Positions 30,621-41,158 of a stretch of 64,000 bases of DNA are shown here, piece after piece. Source of the stretch: Polyangiales bacterium (GTDB taxonomy: Bacteria; Myxococcota_A; Polyangia; Polyangiales; Ga0077539); contig JAXLYI010000006.1 in NCBI GenBank assembly GCA_046351555.1, positions 122,284-186,283 on the forward strand, written 5' to 3'. The first letter of the stretch is position 1, and every line of letters begins with the position of its first letter. Made by a program: the position numbers and the translations under genes. A model generated the notes under the pieces. It was given only the letters and a program-made list of their open reading frames with translations. It was not told where the DNA came from and did not search any database.

Positions 30621-31762
30621 CGCGTGCGGTACGTCACGCGGACGCCGCGCGCGTCGTACTCCGCGAGGAAGGCGTCCACCAGCCCTGGCTCCTTCGCGAG
30701 CAGCTCGGGCGGGAACACCCCCGGCTCCTTGAAGCGCCCGGCAGCCAGCAGCGCCACCATGCTCGTCGCCGCGTAGCCCGTCGTCCGCGACATCGACCGG
30801 ACGTCCGTCATCGGGTCGTAGCGGTCGAAGAGCTCCCACTCGTGGCGAACCGCGCGGCCGTCCTTCGTCCCCGCGACGATGACCCGCATCACGGTGAGGT
30901 CGCCCTCGCCCTCCTCGTAGGCCCACTTCGGGAAGAGGAGCGCCGCCGCGACGTCGAGCGGGCGCACCGTGCCGCCGGCCACCGCCAGGGGCTCCTTCGA
31001 GAAGAGCCCCGTGTGCCGGAGCGCGCGCATCAGCTCGATGTGCCCCGGGTAGCGCAGCGTCTTCTCCTTCATGAAGGGCGCCTTCATCGTGTACGCGAGG
31101 CTGCGCAGCCCGTCGGTGTTGAATGCCTCGAGCGTGCCCACCTCGGGGAAGTCCATCAGCTCAGGCTCGGAGAGCGCCTCCTTCACCACCACGCGGCCGT
31201 GCTCCACGAGGCGGGCGGGCCGCGTGTACTCCTCCAGCACGTCGTGCGGCGAGAAGGGCGCCTTGTACGCGTAGGGCCACGTCCGCACCACCGGCAGGCC
31301 GCCGACGTAGATCTCCACCGACTCGCACGCGTCGAGCTGCGACGCGCCGTAGCCCACGAGGAGGTTGCTCACACCGGGCCCGACGCCGCAGTCGATGACG
31401 GCGGTGACGCCGCGCTCCTTCGCGTAGGCGTCGAGCTCCCAGGCGTCTTCGGCCATGAAGGAGATGTCGACGTACGTCTTCCGCGCGTCGAGCACCGCGC
31501 GCAGCGTCGGGAGCCCCATCGAGCTCGCCAGCGCGCCCACCACGAGGTCGGCACCCGCCACCACCCGCTGGATCGCCGCCGCGGACGCGCAGTCGGCCCG
31601 CACCGTCTCCACCCCGGGCGAGCGCGCGGACACCTCGGCGAGGGCCTCGGGGCGCGCGTCCACCGACGTCACCGCGAAGCCCGACCGCGCGAGGTCGACC
31701 GCCACCGCCGACCCCACCATCCCTGCGCCGAGCACCGTCACCTTCTGCGTCATCGCGTCCAC
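30617..31762 (-). CDS. saccharopine dehydrogenase family NAD(P)-binding protein
   Basis: VTVLGAGMVGSAVAVDL Rossmann; Sacchrp_dh-like. Confidence 0.7.
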   Translation of the reverse strand: MDAMTQKVTVLGAGMVGSAVAVDLARSGFAVTSVDARPEALAEVSARSPGVETVRADCASAAAIQRVVAGADLVVGALASSMGLPTLRAVLDARKTYVDISFMAEDAWELDAYAKERGVTAVIDCGVGPGVSNLLVGYGASQLDACESVEIYVGGLPVVRTWPYAYKAPFSPHDVLEEYTRPARLVEHGRVVVKEALSEPELMDFPEVGTLEAFNTDGLRSLAYTMKAPFMKEKTLRYPGHIELMRALRHTGLFSKEPLAVAGGTVRPLDVAAALLFPKWAYEEGEGDLTVMRVIVAGTKDGRAVRHEWELFDRYDPMTDVRSMSRTTGYAATSMVALLAAGRFKEPGVFPPELLAKEPGLVDAFLAEYDARGVRVTYRTR

Positions 31763-31851
31763 CGCTCCTCGGGGCGATCGTTCATCACGGGGGGCCCTCG
31801 GCGGTCAAGGGCATCGCGTCGGCCGCGCGAGATGCGATAGCGTCCGCCGCC

Positions 31852-34311
31852 ATGTCGCAGGTCGCGCTCCCCTCCTCCGCCCGCGTCGTCGTCATCGGCG
31901 GCGGCGTCATCGGAACCTCCGTCGCCTACCACCTCGCCCACCTCGGCTGGCGCGACGTCGTCCTCCTCGAGCGCGACCGCGTCACCAGCGGGACCACCTG
32001 GCACGCGGCCGGCCTCATGGTGACCTTCGGCTCCACCTCGGAGACCTCCACCGAGATGCGGAAGTACACCCGCGACCTCTACGCCCGCCTCGAAGCCGAG
32101 ACGGGCCAGGCGACGGGCCTCCGCCAGTGCGGCTTCATCGAGGTGGCGAGCGACCCCGACCGCCTCATCGAGTACCGCCGTGTGTCCGCCTTCAACCGCC
32201 ACTGCGGCATCGACGTGCAGGAGATCTCCCCCGCCGAGGTGAAGAAGCTCTTCCCGCTCGCCCGCGTCGACGACGTCCTCGCGGGCTTCTACGTGAAGGA
32301 CGACGGCCGCGTCGACCCGGTCGACGTCACCATGGCCCTCGCCAAGGGCGCGCGGAAGCAGGGAGCCACCGTCCTCGAAGGCGTCGCCGTCACCGACGTG
32401 CTCCACCAGCGCGGCGCGGTGACGGGCGTTCGAACCACGCACGGCGACATCGCCTGCGAGTTCGTCGTCAACTGCGCGGGGATGTGGGCGCGGCAGCTCG
32501 CGGCGCGCTCGGGCGTGGCCGTCCCGCTCCAGTCGGCCGAGCACTACTACCTCATCACCGAGGCGATCGCGGGGATCGACCGCGCGTGGCCCGTGCTCGA
32601 AGACCCGGGGTGCTACGGGTACTACCGCGAGGAGGGCGGCGGGCTGATGGTGGGCCTCTTCGAAGCCGCGTGCGCGCCGTGGAAGCTCGACGGCGTGCCC
32701 GACGACTTCTCCTTCGGCGAGATCCCGCCCGACTGGGACCGCATGATGCCCTACCTGGAGAAGGCCCTGAGCCGCGTGCCCGAGGCGGGCGAGGCGGGGG
32801 TGAAGAAGTTCTTCTGCGGGCCCGAGAGCTTCACGCCCGACCTTCGCCCTTGCGTCGGCGAGGCCCCCGAGCTCAAGAACTACTTCGTCGCCGCGGGCCT
32901 CAACTCCATCGGGATCCTCACGGGCGGCGGCGTCGGGCGCGTCCTCGCCCACTGGATCACCACCGGCCGCCCCGACGTCGACGTCACCGGGATGCACGTC
33001 GACCGGCTCCACCCCTACCAGGCCAACGCCGCGTACCGCCGCACGCGCACCGTCGAGTCGCTCGGCATGGTGTACCAGTGCCACTACCCCTTCCGCTCGA
33101 TGAAGACGGCGCGCGGGGCGAAGCGCTCGCCGTTGCACGAGCGGCTCGCCGCGCGCGGCGCGTACTTCAAGGACGTGAGCGGCTGGGAGGGGGCCGACTG
33201 GTACGCGCCCGACGGCCGTCCGCCCGAGGGAGACGCGCTCACCTGGGGCCGCCCGCCGTGGTTCGAACACTGGCGCGCCGAGCACGAGGCCACGCGCGAG
33301 GGGGTGATCGTCATGGACATGTCGTTCATGTCGAAATTCCGCGTGGAGGGCCGCGACGCGGGACGTCTGCTGGAGCGCCTCTCGGCCAACCGCGTGAGCG
33401 CCGAGCCCGGCGTCATCACCTACACCCAGTGGCTCAACGAGGGCGGAACGCTCGAGGCCGACCTCACCGTCACCTGCCTCGACGACGAGCGCTTCTTCGT
33501 CGTCGCCACCGACACCGCGCACCGCCACGTCGAGACGCTGATGCGCCGCGCCTTCGAAGGCGCCCACGCCTTCGTCTCCGACGTCACCTCGGCCTACGCG
33601 CAGATCAACGTGCAGGGCCCGAAGAGCCGCGCGCTCCTCCAGTCGCTCACCACCACCAACCTCTCCAACACGGCCTTCCCCTACCGCGCCGCGCGCGAGA
33701 TCGAGATCGGCTTCGCGCGCGTGCTCTGCGTGCGCATCACGTACCTCGGCGAGCTCGGGTACGAGCTCTATGTCCCCGCCGAGCAGGCCACGCACGTCTA
33801 CGACCTCATCGCGGAGGCGGGCGCGGCGCACGGGCTCCGCCACGCCGGGCTCAAGGCCCTCGCGAGCCTCCGCATGGAGAAGGGCTACCGCGACTACGGC
33901 CACGACATCGACAACACCGACACGCCCTACGAGGCGGGCCTCGGGTTCGCGGTGGCGCTCGACAAGCCGGGCGGCTTCGTCGGCCGCGACGCCGCGCTCG
34001 CGCAGAAGGCGAAGGGGACGCCCTCGCGGCGACTGCTCCAGGTGCTCGTGAAGGACCCGGAGCCGCTGATGTTCCATGCGGAGGTGGTGCTGCGCGACGG
34101 GAGGCCGGTGGGCTACGTGCGGGCGGCGTCGTACGGCTTCACGCTCGGCGGCGCCGTGGGGCTCGCGATGATCGACGCGGGCGGCGAAGCGCTCGACCAG
34201 GCGTGGATCGACCGCGGCGCGTGGGAGGTCGACATCGCGGGGGTGAGGCACCCGGCGGTGGCGTCGATCCGCCCGATGTACGACCCGGGCATGGCGCGCA
34301 TCAAGAGCTGA
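31852..34311 (+). CDS. FAD-dependent oxidoreductase fused to aminomethyltransferase (GcvT) domain; dimethylglycine/sarcosine dehydrogenase-like
   Basis: VVVIGGGVIGTSVAYHL DAO domain; C-terminal GCV_T folate-binding domain. Confidence 0.8.
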   Translation: MSQVALPSSARVVVIGGGVIGTSVAYHLAHLGWRDVVLLERDRVTSGTTWHAAGLMVTFGSTSETSTEMRKYTRDLYARLEAETGQATGLRQCGFIEVASDPDRLIEYRRVSAFNRHCGIDVQEISPAEVKKLFPLARVDDVLAGFYVKDDGRVDPVDVTMALAKGARKQGATVLEGVAVTDVLHQRGAVTGVRTTHGDIACEFVVNCAGMWARQLAARSGVAVPLQSAEHYYLITEAIAGIDRAWPVLEDPGCYGYYREEGGGLMVGLFEAACAPWKLDGVPDDFSFGEIPPDWDRMMPYLEKALSRVPEAGEAGVKKFFCGPESFTPDLRPCVGEAPELKNYFVAAGLNSIGILTGGGVGRVLAHWITTGRPDVDVTGMHVDRLHPYQANAAYRRTRTVESLGMVYQCHYPFRSMKTARGAKRSPLHERLAARGAYFKDVSGWEGADWYAPDGRPPEGDALTWGRPPWFEHWRAEHEATREGVIVMDMSFMSKFRVEGRDAGRLLERLSANRVSAEPGVITYTQWLNEGGTLEADLTVTCLDDERFFVVATDTAHRHVETLMRRAFEGAHAFVSDVTSAYAQINVQGPKSRALLQSLTTTNLSNTAFPYRAAREIEIGFARVLCVRITYLGELGYELYVPAEQATHVYDLIAEAGAAHGLRHAGLKALASLRMEKGYRDYGHDIDNTDTPYEAGLGFAVALDKPGGFVGRDAALAQKAKGTPSRRLLQVLVKDPEPLMFHAEVVLRDGRPVGYVRAASYGFTLGGAVGLAMIDAGGEALDQAWIDRGAWEVDIAGVRHPAVASIRPMYDPGMARIKS

Positions 34312-34428
34312 TGGCGCGCGGCGGCGGTGGTGTCGCCCACGCGTGGCTCGTCGACCCCGAAGCGCGCACGCTGCAGGTGTACCGCCGCGTCACCGACGGC
34401 GCCTCCGCTGACGGAGCGCCCCGCCGCG

Positions 34429-37400
34429 TCACCCCGCGGCGATCACCCGCAGGAGCTGGTCGATCGCCAGCGACGCCGCCGCGAACTCCGCGTCGCCGAT
34501 GGGCCGCGCGTGCGCGTCCTCGCGGTGCGCGTTGACGTACTCCAGCAGCGACACCACCTGCGCCCGCGTCACCCGCTCGCCCGGCGCCCGCCCCGCCTCC
34601 AGCGCCGGCGCGAACCACCGCCCCCAGTGGGCGTCGACCACCGCCACCACGTTGCTCAACAGCAGCCGCTCCGCCCACACCACCTCCGCCGGCACCGCCG
34701 CGAGCTGCCGCCGCACCGCCTCGGGGAGCAGCGCCAGCACCGGCTCGATCCAGCGCTCGGGGCCGAGCGCCGCCTCCAGCACGCCCCGCACGAAGCATCG
34801 CAGGCGAGGCTCCAGCACGTTGCGCCGTTCGTTGAGCTGCGCGAGGCGCACCCGCGACGCCGCGTCGAGCAGCCCCGGTGCGCTCGGCTCCGTGGCCGCC
34901 GCCCGCACCGCGTCGTAGAGCGCCTGGAGCACCTGGTTTACCAGCGCGTCGAGGGCCTCCGGCGACGCCGCGAAGCGCTCGCCGAGCCCGCCGTCGTCGG
35001 CGCCCGCCTGGATCCACCGCCGCAGGCGCTTCCGGTTGGCGTCGGCGCGGACGAAGTTCTCCGCGTCGTTGGCGGCGACGCTCTGCTGCGTGGCCGCGTC
35101 GCCCGTCGCGCGCGCCATCACCCCCTGGAGCATCGCCTCCACCGCGGGCTCGTGCGGCAGGCCGTAGCGCGCGTGGAGCGCCGCCAACACCGCGGAGAGC
35201 CGCGCCGTCGTGTCGGTCGGCCGACGTCCAGAGGCCGTCCCCGCCACCGCCCCGCCGCCGTCGTCGGGCGCACCCGCGCCCTCGCGCAGGAGCGAGAGGC
35301 TCCCCGCGAAGCGCTCGACGACGCGGTAGTCGACGACCGCCGTCCCCCGCGCGAGGTCGGGCAGGGGGCCGCGCGCGCCGCGGTCGGTGAGGAGGTCGCG
35401 GAGCGTCCGGCCGAAGCCGTAGCGCCGCTCGGCGTCGGGGTCGGGGACGTCGAGCGCGTGGGCCACCAGCCCGTACGTGCGGAGGTACGCGTCGAGGTCG
35501 CCGCGAAACGCGTCGCGTTGCGCCTCCGGGAGCGCCCTCGCCCGGTCGACCGCGGGGGACGCCGCCGCGAGCATCCCCGCGTGCCGCGCGTGGTCGGGCG
35601 CCGCGCGGTCGACGTAGGCCGTGAGCCACGCGTCGAGCTCGGCCTCGGTGTACACCCCCGCCTCGTCGAGGCGGGCGGCGAGCGCCGCGAGGGCCTCCGG
35701 CGTCGGGCCCGCCACCACCGACGCGGCGGCGTGGAAGGGGCGGAAGGACGCCACGATGTCGGCCTCGTCGTTGACGAAGTCGAGCACGAAGGTCCCGTCC
35801 TTGTCGGGGTGCCTTCGGTTGAGCCGCGAGAGCGTCTGGACGGCCTGGACGCCCGCGAGCGCGCGGTCGACGTACATCGCGACGAGCAGCGGCTGGTCGA
35901 AGCCCGTCTGGTACTTGCTCGCCACCACCAGGATGCGCGCGTCGTCGCGGTCGAAGCGGCCCGGCAGGGACTTCTCCGGCACGCCGTTGAGCCCCTCCTC
36001 GGTGAAGTCCTCCCCCGTCTTCGGGTCTGTGACCTTGCCCGAGAAGGCGACGAAGACCCCGACGTCGGGCTCGTCCTTCAAGCGCTCGCGCAGCGCCTGG
36101 GTGTAGCGGACGGCGACGAGCCGCGAGGGGGCCACCACCATCGCCTTGGCCCGCCCCTTCGCCGCCGCGCGGACGTGCGTGACGAAGTGGTGGACGATCG
36201 CGTCGACCTTGGCGGCGACGCTCTTCGGGTCGTTGGCGAGGCGGCGGGCGAGGGCGGCGGCGGCGCGGCGGCGGTCGACCTCGGGGTCGTCAGGCGTGAG
36301 CTGGACGATGCGGAAGTAGCGGTCGTAGGTGACGTAGCGGTCGAGGACGTCTTCGATGAAGCCCTCCTCGATGGCCTGGCGCATCGAGTAGAGGTCGAAC
36401 ACCTGCCCGAAGTCCGCCTTGGTGTCGTCGCGCGGCGTGGCCGTGAAGGCGAACACGCTCACCGACGCCCGCTTTCGCGCCGCGGCGAGGGCCCGCGCGG
36501 CCGCCCGCGCCAGGGTGTCGCCGTCGGGTTCGGGGGCCTCGTCGGGCGCGTCGGGCGGGGGCTCCGCGAGGAGGCGGTACATCTCCTCCGCGGAGCTTCC
36601 GCGCTGGGAGGAGTGGGCCTCGTCGATGACCAGCGCGAAGCGGCGGTTGCGGTCGTCGGAGAGGGTTCTGGCGACGAAGGGGAAGGTCTGCACCGTCACC
36701 AGCACCACCCGCGCGAGGTGGGCGGCGAGCACGTCCGCGAGCTCGGCGGCGCCGTCGACGTCGGCCACCATGGCGCGCTCGTGGTGAAAGCGCCGGAGTT
36801 CGTCGGTGAGCTGGTCGTCGAGCACGCGGCGGTCGGTGACGACGAGCACCACGTCGAAGACGCGCGCGCCCGCCGCGTCGAAGAGGTTGGCGAGGCGGAG
36901 CACCAGCCACGCGATGGTGCGGCTCTTCCCGCTCCCCGCCGAGTGCTGGACGAGGTACGCGCCGCCGGGCCCCTCCGCGGCCGCCGCCGCCGTGAGCCGG
37001 CGCACCGCGCGAAACTGGTGGTACCGCGGGAACACCACCTCCGCCGGGCGAACCCTCCCCTTGCGGCGCTCCTCGGGCACATACTGGACGAAGCGCCCGA
37101 GCACCTCGAGCCACGTGTCGCGCGCCCACACCTCCTCCCAGAGGTACGCCGTCCGCGCGCCGCGGGGGTTGCTCGGGTTGCCCGCGCCGAAGTCGTCTGT
37201 CCCGCGGTTGAAGGGGACGAAGGAGGTCGCCTCCCGCGCGAGCGCGGTGGTCATCCACGCCTCCTCCGAGTCGACCGCGAAGTGAACCACCGGCCCCTCC
37301 GCGAAGCGGAACAGCGCCGCCCCCGTCGGCCGCTGCCGGTACTGTTCCACCGCGTCGGACCACTGCTGGCCCGCCGTGCGGCTCTTGAGTTCGACGGTCG

Positions 37401-37845
37401 CCACGGGCACGCCGTTGAGCGCCAGCACGAGGTCGACCGAGGCCGTCCCGCTCGGGTCGAAGCGCACCTGCCGCGCGACCCCGAGGCGGTTGCACCCCGC
37501 CTGCCGCAGCACCTCCGCGTTGCGCTCGTGCGCGGGCGGGAAGACGGCGACGGCCACCGCCACGTGGTCGAGTTCGAAGCCCCGCCGCAGGAGCTCGGGG
37601 GTCTTCATCGACGCGCGGTGCTTCACCAGCGCCTCGGCCAGCCGCGGCGCCGCCCCGTCGCCGAAGCGTCGGAAGAGCGTCGCCCACGCCTCGGGCTGCG
37701 ACGCCCGCACCCACGCGACGAACTCCTCCGCGAACACCCCGCGCACCGGGTCGAAGCCCGCCGCGTCGAGCAGATGCCAGCCGTGCGCCGTGAGGTGGGC
37801 GACGACGCCGTCTTCGAACGCGCGCTCGTGCGTCGGAGAGCTCAC
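34429..37845 (-). CDS. hsdR: Type I restriction enzyme R subunit
   Basis: LVQHSAGSGKS (motif I), LVIDEAHSS (DEAH); GTG start overlaps the hsdS stop (GTGA). Confidence 0.9.
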   Translation of the reverse strand: MSSPTHERAFEDGVVAHLTAHGWHLLDAAGFDPVRGVFAEEFVAWVRASQPEAWATLFRRFGDGAAPRLAEALVKHRASMKTPELLRRGFELDHVAVAVAVFPPAHERNAEVLRQAGCNRLGVARQVRFDPSGTASVDLVLALNGVPVATVELKSRTAGQQWSDAVEQYRQRPTGAALFRFAEGPVVHFAVDSEEAWMTTALAREATSFVPFNRGTDDFGAGNPSNPRGARTAYLWEEVWARDTWLEVLGRFVQYVPEERRKGRVRPAEVVFPRYHQFRAVRRLTAAAAAEGPGGAYLVQHSAGSGKSRTIAWLVLRLANLFDAAGARVFDVVLVVTDRRVLDDQLTDELRRFHHERAMVADVDGAAELADVLAAHLARVVLVTVQTFPFVARTLSDDRNRRFALVIDEAHSSQRGSSAEEMYRLLAEPPPDAPDEAPEPDGDTLARAAARALAAARKRASVSVFAFTATPRDDTKADFGQVFDLYSMRQAIEEGFIEDVLDRYVTYDRYFRIVQLTPDDPEVDRRRAAAALARRLANDPKSVAAKVDAIVHHFVTHVRAAAKGRAKAMVVAPSRLVAVRYTQALRERLKDEPDVGVFVAFSGKVTDPKTGEDFTEEGLNGVPEKSLPGRFDRDDARILVVASKYQTGFDQPLLVAMYVDRALAGVQAVQTLSRLNRRHPDKDGTFVLDFVNDEADIVASFRPFHAAASVVAGPTPEALAALAARLDEAGVYTEAELDAWLTAYVDRAAPDHARHAGMLAAASPAVDRARALPEAQRDAFRGDLDAYLRTYGLVAHALDVPDPDAERRYGFGRTLRDLLTDRGARGPLPDLARGTAVVDYRVVERFAGSLSLLREGAGAPDDGGGAVAGTASGRRPTDTTARLSAVLAALHARYGLPHEPAVEAMLQGVMARATGDAATQQSVAANDAENFVRADANRKRLRRWIQAGADDGGLGERFAASPEALDALVNQVLQALYDAVRAAATEPSAPGLLDAASRVRLAQLNERRNVLEPRLRCFVRGVLEAALGPERWIEPVLALLPEAVRRQLAAVPAEVVWAERLLLSNVVAVVDAHWGRWFAPALEAGRAPGERVTRAQVVSLLEYVNAHREDAHARPIGDAEFAAASLAIDQLLRVIAAG

Positions 37846-39107
37846 GGCGCCTCCATGCGGGCGAGCGGGATGCGGCCGGTGACGGCCTCCGTGATGAGCG
37901 CCTGCCGGTACTCGCGCAGCCGGTCGAGCTGCGCGGCGATCGCGGCGACGGCGCGGTCGAGGCGGGCGGTCGCGGCGTCGAGGTGGTCGGCGATGCGTCG
38001 CTGCTCGTCGAGGGGCGGGGTCGGTACGATGGGGCGCTTGAGGTCCCGGATGTTGATGCCTTGCACGGTCGCCCCCAGCACCCCCGCTTCGAGCTGCACC
38101 CACACCGCGCTCGACTGCACGGCGTAGAGAAGCCATCGATTGACGACCCCCTGCGCGGGCGCGATTCTCGCTGCATCCTGCGTCAGGTTGGCTCCCTCGA
38201 CATCGGGCGGAACGATCGCCGCAGCGCCGATGCTGCCGCGAATCGCGATCACGAGATCCCCCGACCGGAGGCGGGCTCGCGCGTAGGGCGCCTCAATCTC
38301 TGGAGTGGTGCACTTGAGCCGTTCCCTTCGCAGCTTGCCGGGGTGGCAGTCCCCGCTCTTCACGACGGGAATCCCGCCGTCGACGTGAGGGCCAGGGAGA
38401 ACGATGCCGTACGTGATCGGTCGGCCTGGCTGGGTAAGGTGCATCAGCCGCAGGAGGCGCCAGTGCGAAGGGACTTCGCCCACCGACTCGACGCCCGACG
38501 CCTTCCTCGGCGCGTTCGGGTCGAGCCCGCGGGTCACCGCCTCGGTGATGAGCGCCTGCCGCTTCTCGCGCAGCCGCTCGACGAGGCGCTGCTTCTTCTC
38601 GACGAGCGCGTCGATCGTGGCGGTGCGGCGGTCGAGGTAGCGGCAGACTGCCTTCTGCACGTCCAGGTTTGGCACCGCGATTTCGCAGTTCCCCAAGTCC
38701 TCCGCGTTGAGGTGGGGCTGCGCCGCCCGCGCCGTTACGAGCGAGAACTGTCCATCGCGAACCGGTGCGCTCAGCAGGCACCAGGCAAGGTAGCTGGGCA
38801 CCACGCGATCGGTGGCCCTGACGATCATGTCATAACCTGCGAGGCTGCCGTCGTAACGCGCTGGGATAATGCTCGAATCGCCCGTATAGGCACCGCTCCG
38901 CACGACGATGATGTCACCGGTTCGGAGCCTCGCATCGCGTGCGGGCCCGGGCACGACGTCACGTACGCGCATCAGTTCGCGATCGACGATGCGGCCGTTG
39001 TCGACGTTTGTCGCCCGGATGAATGGGCACCCATCGTCATCAATGGGCGGCGGTTGACTCAGACCGTATCGGATCGACGCGATGTTCTTGATCCTGAGTG
39101 ACATCAT
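37842..39107 (-). CDS. hsdS: Type I R-M specificity subunit (two target-recognition domains)
   Basis: Two TRDs separated by conserved coiled-coil regions (LVERLREKRQALITEAVT... and LDRLREYRQALITEAVTG); ATG 6 nt after the hsdM stop. Confidence 0.85.
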   Translation of the reverse strand: MMSLRIKNIASIRYGLSQPPPIDDDGCPFIRATNVDNGRIVDRELMRVRDVVPGPARDARLRTGDIIVVRSGAYTGDSSIIPARYDGSLAGYDMIVRATDRVVPSYLAWCLLSAPVRDGQFSLVTARAAQPHLNAEDLGNCEIAVPNLDVQKAVCRYLDRRTATIDALVEKKQRLVERLREKRQALITEAVTRGLDPNAPRKASGVESVGEVPSHWRLLRLMHLTQPGRPITYGIVLPGPHVDGGIPVVKSGDCHPGKLRRERLKCTTPEIEAPYARARLRSGDLVIAIRGSIGAAAIVPPDVEGANLTQDAARIAPAQGVVNRWLLYAVQSSAVWVQLEAGVLGATVQGINIRDLKRPIVPTPPLDEQRRIADHLDAATARLDRAVAAIAAQLDRLREYRQALITEAVTGRIPLARMEAP

Positions 39108-39112
39108 CGCGC

Positions 39113-41158
39113 TCACGCCCCCACCCCCCCGAGCAGCCCCTGGATCTCCGCCTCCAGCGCGCGGATCTCGCCCTCGATGAGGCCCAGCGGGCGCGGCGGG
39201 GTGTACTTGTAGAAATGCCGCGCGAAGGGGATCTCCCACCCCACGCGCGTCTTCGCCTCGTCGACCCACGCGTCGGGCGCGTGCGGGAGCACCTCGCGGG
39301 CGAGGAAGGCCGCCACCTCCTCGCGCACCGGGACGCTCTCGTAATCGCGGAGCTCGGGGTCGGGGACGAGGTTCCCCTTCGCGTCGCGCACGGGCTCGGC
39401 GGTCTCGTCGCGCGCGCCGAGGGCATCGACCGCGGCGTCGAGCGCCACGGACGGCACCTCTGTCTTCGCCTTCGCCAGTGCCCGGGAGACGGCCTCGCGG
39501 ACGTCGTCGCGGCGCGGCACCGAGCGCGCACCGTCGAGCGTGCCGAGGGCGGCGAGGAGGGCGGCGGTGACGGCCGCCACGTCGACGGGGGAGGTTCCCT
39601 TGCGGGGCTTCGCGAGGGCGCGGGCGACGGCGTCGGGGACGGCGGCGAGGCGCTCGGGCGCGGGGCGGTAGCTCAGGCGGAGGGGGCGCTCGACGACGAC
39701 GCGGCGGAATGCGAAATCCTCGTTGAGGAAGACGCGCGAGCGGCCGGTGTCCGAGAAGCTGCGGTAGGCGTCGAGGATGGCGGCGCGGTCGTCGGGGGAG
39801 AGCTCGTTGCGCTTCTCGCCGAGGGCGCGGCGCATCTTGTGGGAGAGGTCGGTGGCGTCGATGAGCTGGACGCGGCCGCGGCGGTGGGGCGCCTTGCGGT
39901 TGGTGACGATCCACACGTAGGTGCTGATGCCGGTGTTGAAGAAGAGCTGGTCGGGCAGCGCGATGATGGCCTCCACCCGGTCGCGCCCGAGGAACCACCC
40001 GCGGATCTCGCTCTCGCCGCTCCCGGCGTCGCCGGTGAACAGCGGCGAGCCGTTGAACACCACGGCGATGCGCGAGCCGCCGCCCGCGCGGGAGGCGTCT
40101 TTCATCTTCGAGGCCATGAGCTGGAGGAAGAGGAGCGCGCCGTCGCTCACGCGGGGGAGGCCGGCGGCGAAGGGCCCGGCGTCGCCTTCGGTCTCGTGGC
40201 GGCGGCGGAGGCGCTCTTCGATGTTCTTCCAGTCGACGCCGAAGGGGGGATTGGAGAGCATGTAGTCGAAGGTCGCGCCCTCGTGGCCGTCCTGGGTGAA
40301 GCTGTTGCCGTGGGCGACGTGGTCGGCGACGTGGCCGCGGAGCATCATGTCGCCCTTGCAGATGGCGTAGGACTCGTCGTTGAGCTCCTGGCCGTAGAGC
40401 TGCGGGTCGACCGCGGGGTTGAGGGCGCGGATGCGCTCCTCGGCGACGGAGAGCATGCCGCCGGTGCCGCAGGCGGGGTCGTAGAGGGAGGGGGCGAAGC
40501 CGGGGCGGGCGAGGCGCTCCTCGTCGCCGTGGAGGACGAGGTCGACCATGAGCTCGATGACCTCGCGCGGGGTGTAGTGCTCGCCGGCGGTCTCGTTGGA
40601 CTGCTCGGCGAAGCGCCGGATGAGGTCTTCGAAGGCCGAGCCCATCGCGTGGTTGTCGACCGCGTCGGGGTGCAGGTCGATGGCGGCGAACTCCGCCACC
40701 ACGCCGTAGAGGAGGTCGGCCTTGGCGAGGCGGTCGATCTGCTCGTGGAAGCGGAAGTGGTCGAGCACGTCGCGCGCGGCGGGCGAGAAGCCGTTGAGGT
40801 AGTCGATGAGGTCGGCCCGCACCGCCTCCCCGCGGATGGACTCCAGGTCGTGCGGCGACGTGTTGACGAAGGGGAGCTCGAGCTCGTCGAGCGTGCGCCG
40901 CTCGGCCTCGGCCGGGGGGTGGCGACGGAGGTGCTTCGCGTAGACCTCGCGCGCGGCGTCGCGGTGGTCGCGCAGCACGCAGTCGAAGCGCCGGATCACC
41001 GTGAGCGGCAGGATCACCTTGGCGTACTCCGACGGCTTGTATTTGCCGCGGAGGCGGTCGGCGATCTGGAAGATGAAGTTCGAGAGCTCGGCGAAGCTCT
41101 CGAAGCGGCGGGCGGCGCGCGGGGGCGGGGCGACGGGGGCGGCGGGGGTGTTGGACAT
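39113..41158 (-). CDS. hsdM: Type I R-M DNA methyltransferase (N6-adenine), long form
   Basis: NPPFG catalytic motif (LSNPPFGVDW); SAM-binding LYDPACGTGGML; ATG at 41158 (MSNTPAAP...). An upstream in-frame extension is possible. Confidence 0.9.
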   Translation of the reverse strand: MSNTPAAPVAPPPRAARRFESFAELSNFIFQIADRLRGKYKPSEYAKVILPLTVIRRFDCVLRDHRDAAREVYAKHLRRHPPAEAERRTLDELELPFVNTSPHDLESIRGEAVRADLIDYLNGFSPAARDVLDHFRFHEQIDRLAKADLLYGVVAEFAAIDLHPDAVDNHAMGSAFEDLIRRFAEQSNETAGEHYTPREVIELMVDLVLHGDEERLARPGFAPSLYDPACGTGGMLSVAEERIRALNPAVDPQLYGQELNDESYAICKGDMMLRGHVADHVAHGNSFTQDGHEGATFDYMLSNPPFGVDWKNIEERLRRRHETEGDAGPFAAGLPRVSDGALLFLQLMASKMKDASRAGGGSRIAVVFNGSPLFTGDAGSGESEIRGWFLGRDRVEAIIALPDQLFFNTGISTYVWIVTNRKAPHRRGRVQLIDATDLSHKMRRALGEKRNELSPDDRAAILDAYRSFSDTGRSRVFLNEDFAFRRVVVERPLRLSYRPAPERLAAVPDAVARALAKPRKGTSPVDVAAVTAALLAALGTLDGARSVPRRDDVREAVSRALAKAKTEVPSVALDAAVDALGARDETAEPVRDAKGNLVPDPELRDYESVPVREEVAAFLAREVLPHAPDAWVDEAKTRVGWEIPFARHFYKYTPPRPLGLIEGEIRALEAEIQGLLGGVGA

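Noticed and set aside
31455-38127. Very long ORFs 31455..34535 (+), 31750..34251 (-), 34327..38127 (+)
   Set aside because: Arg/Gly/Pro-rich low-complexity translations antisense or out of frame to the DMGDH-like gene and hsdR. Typical high-GC artefacts.
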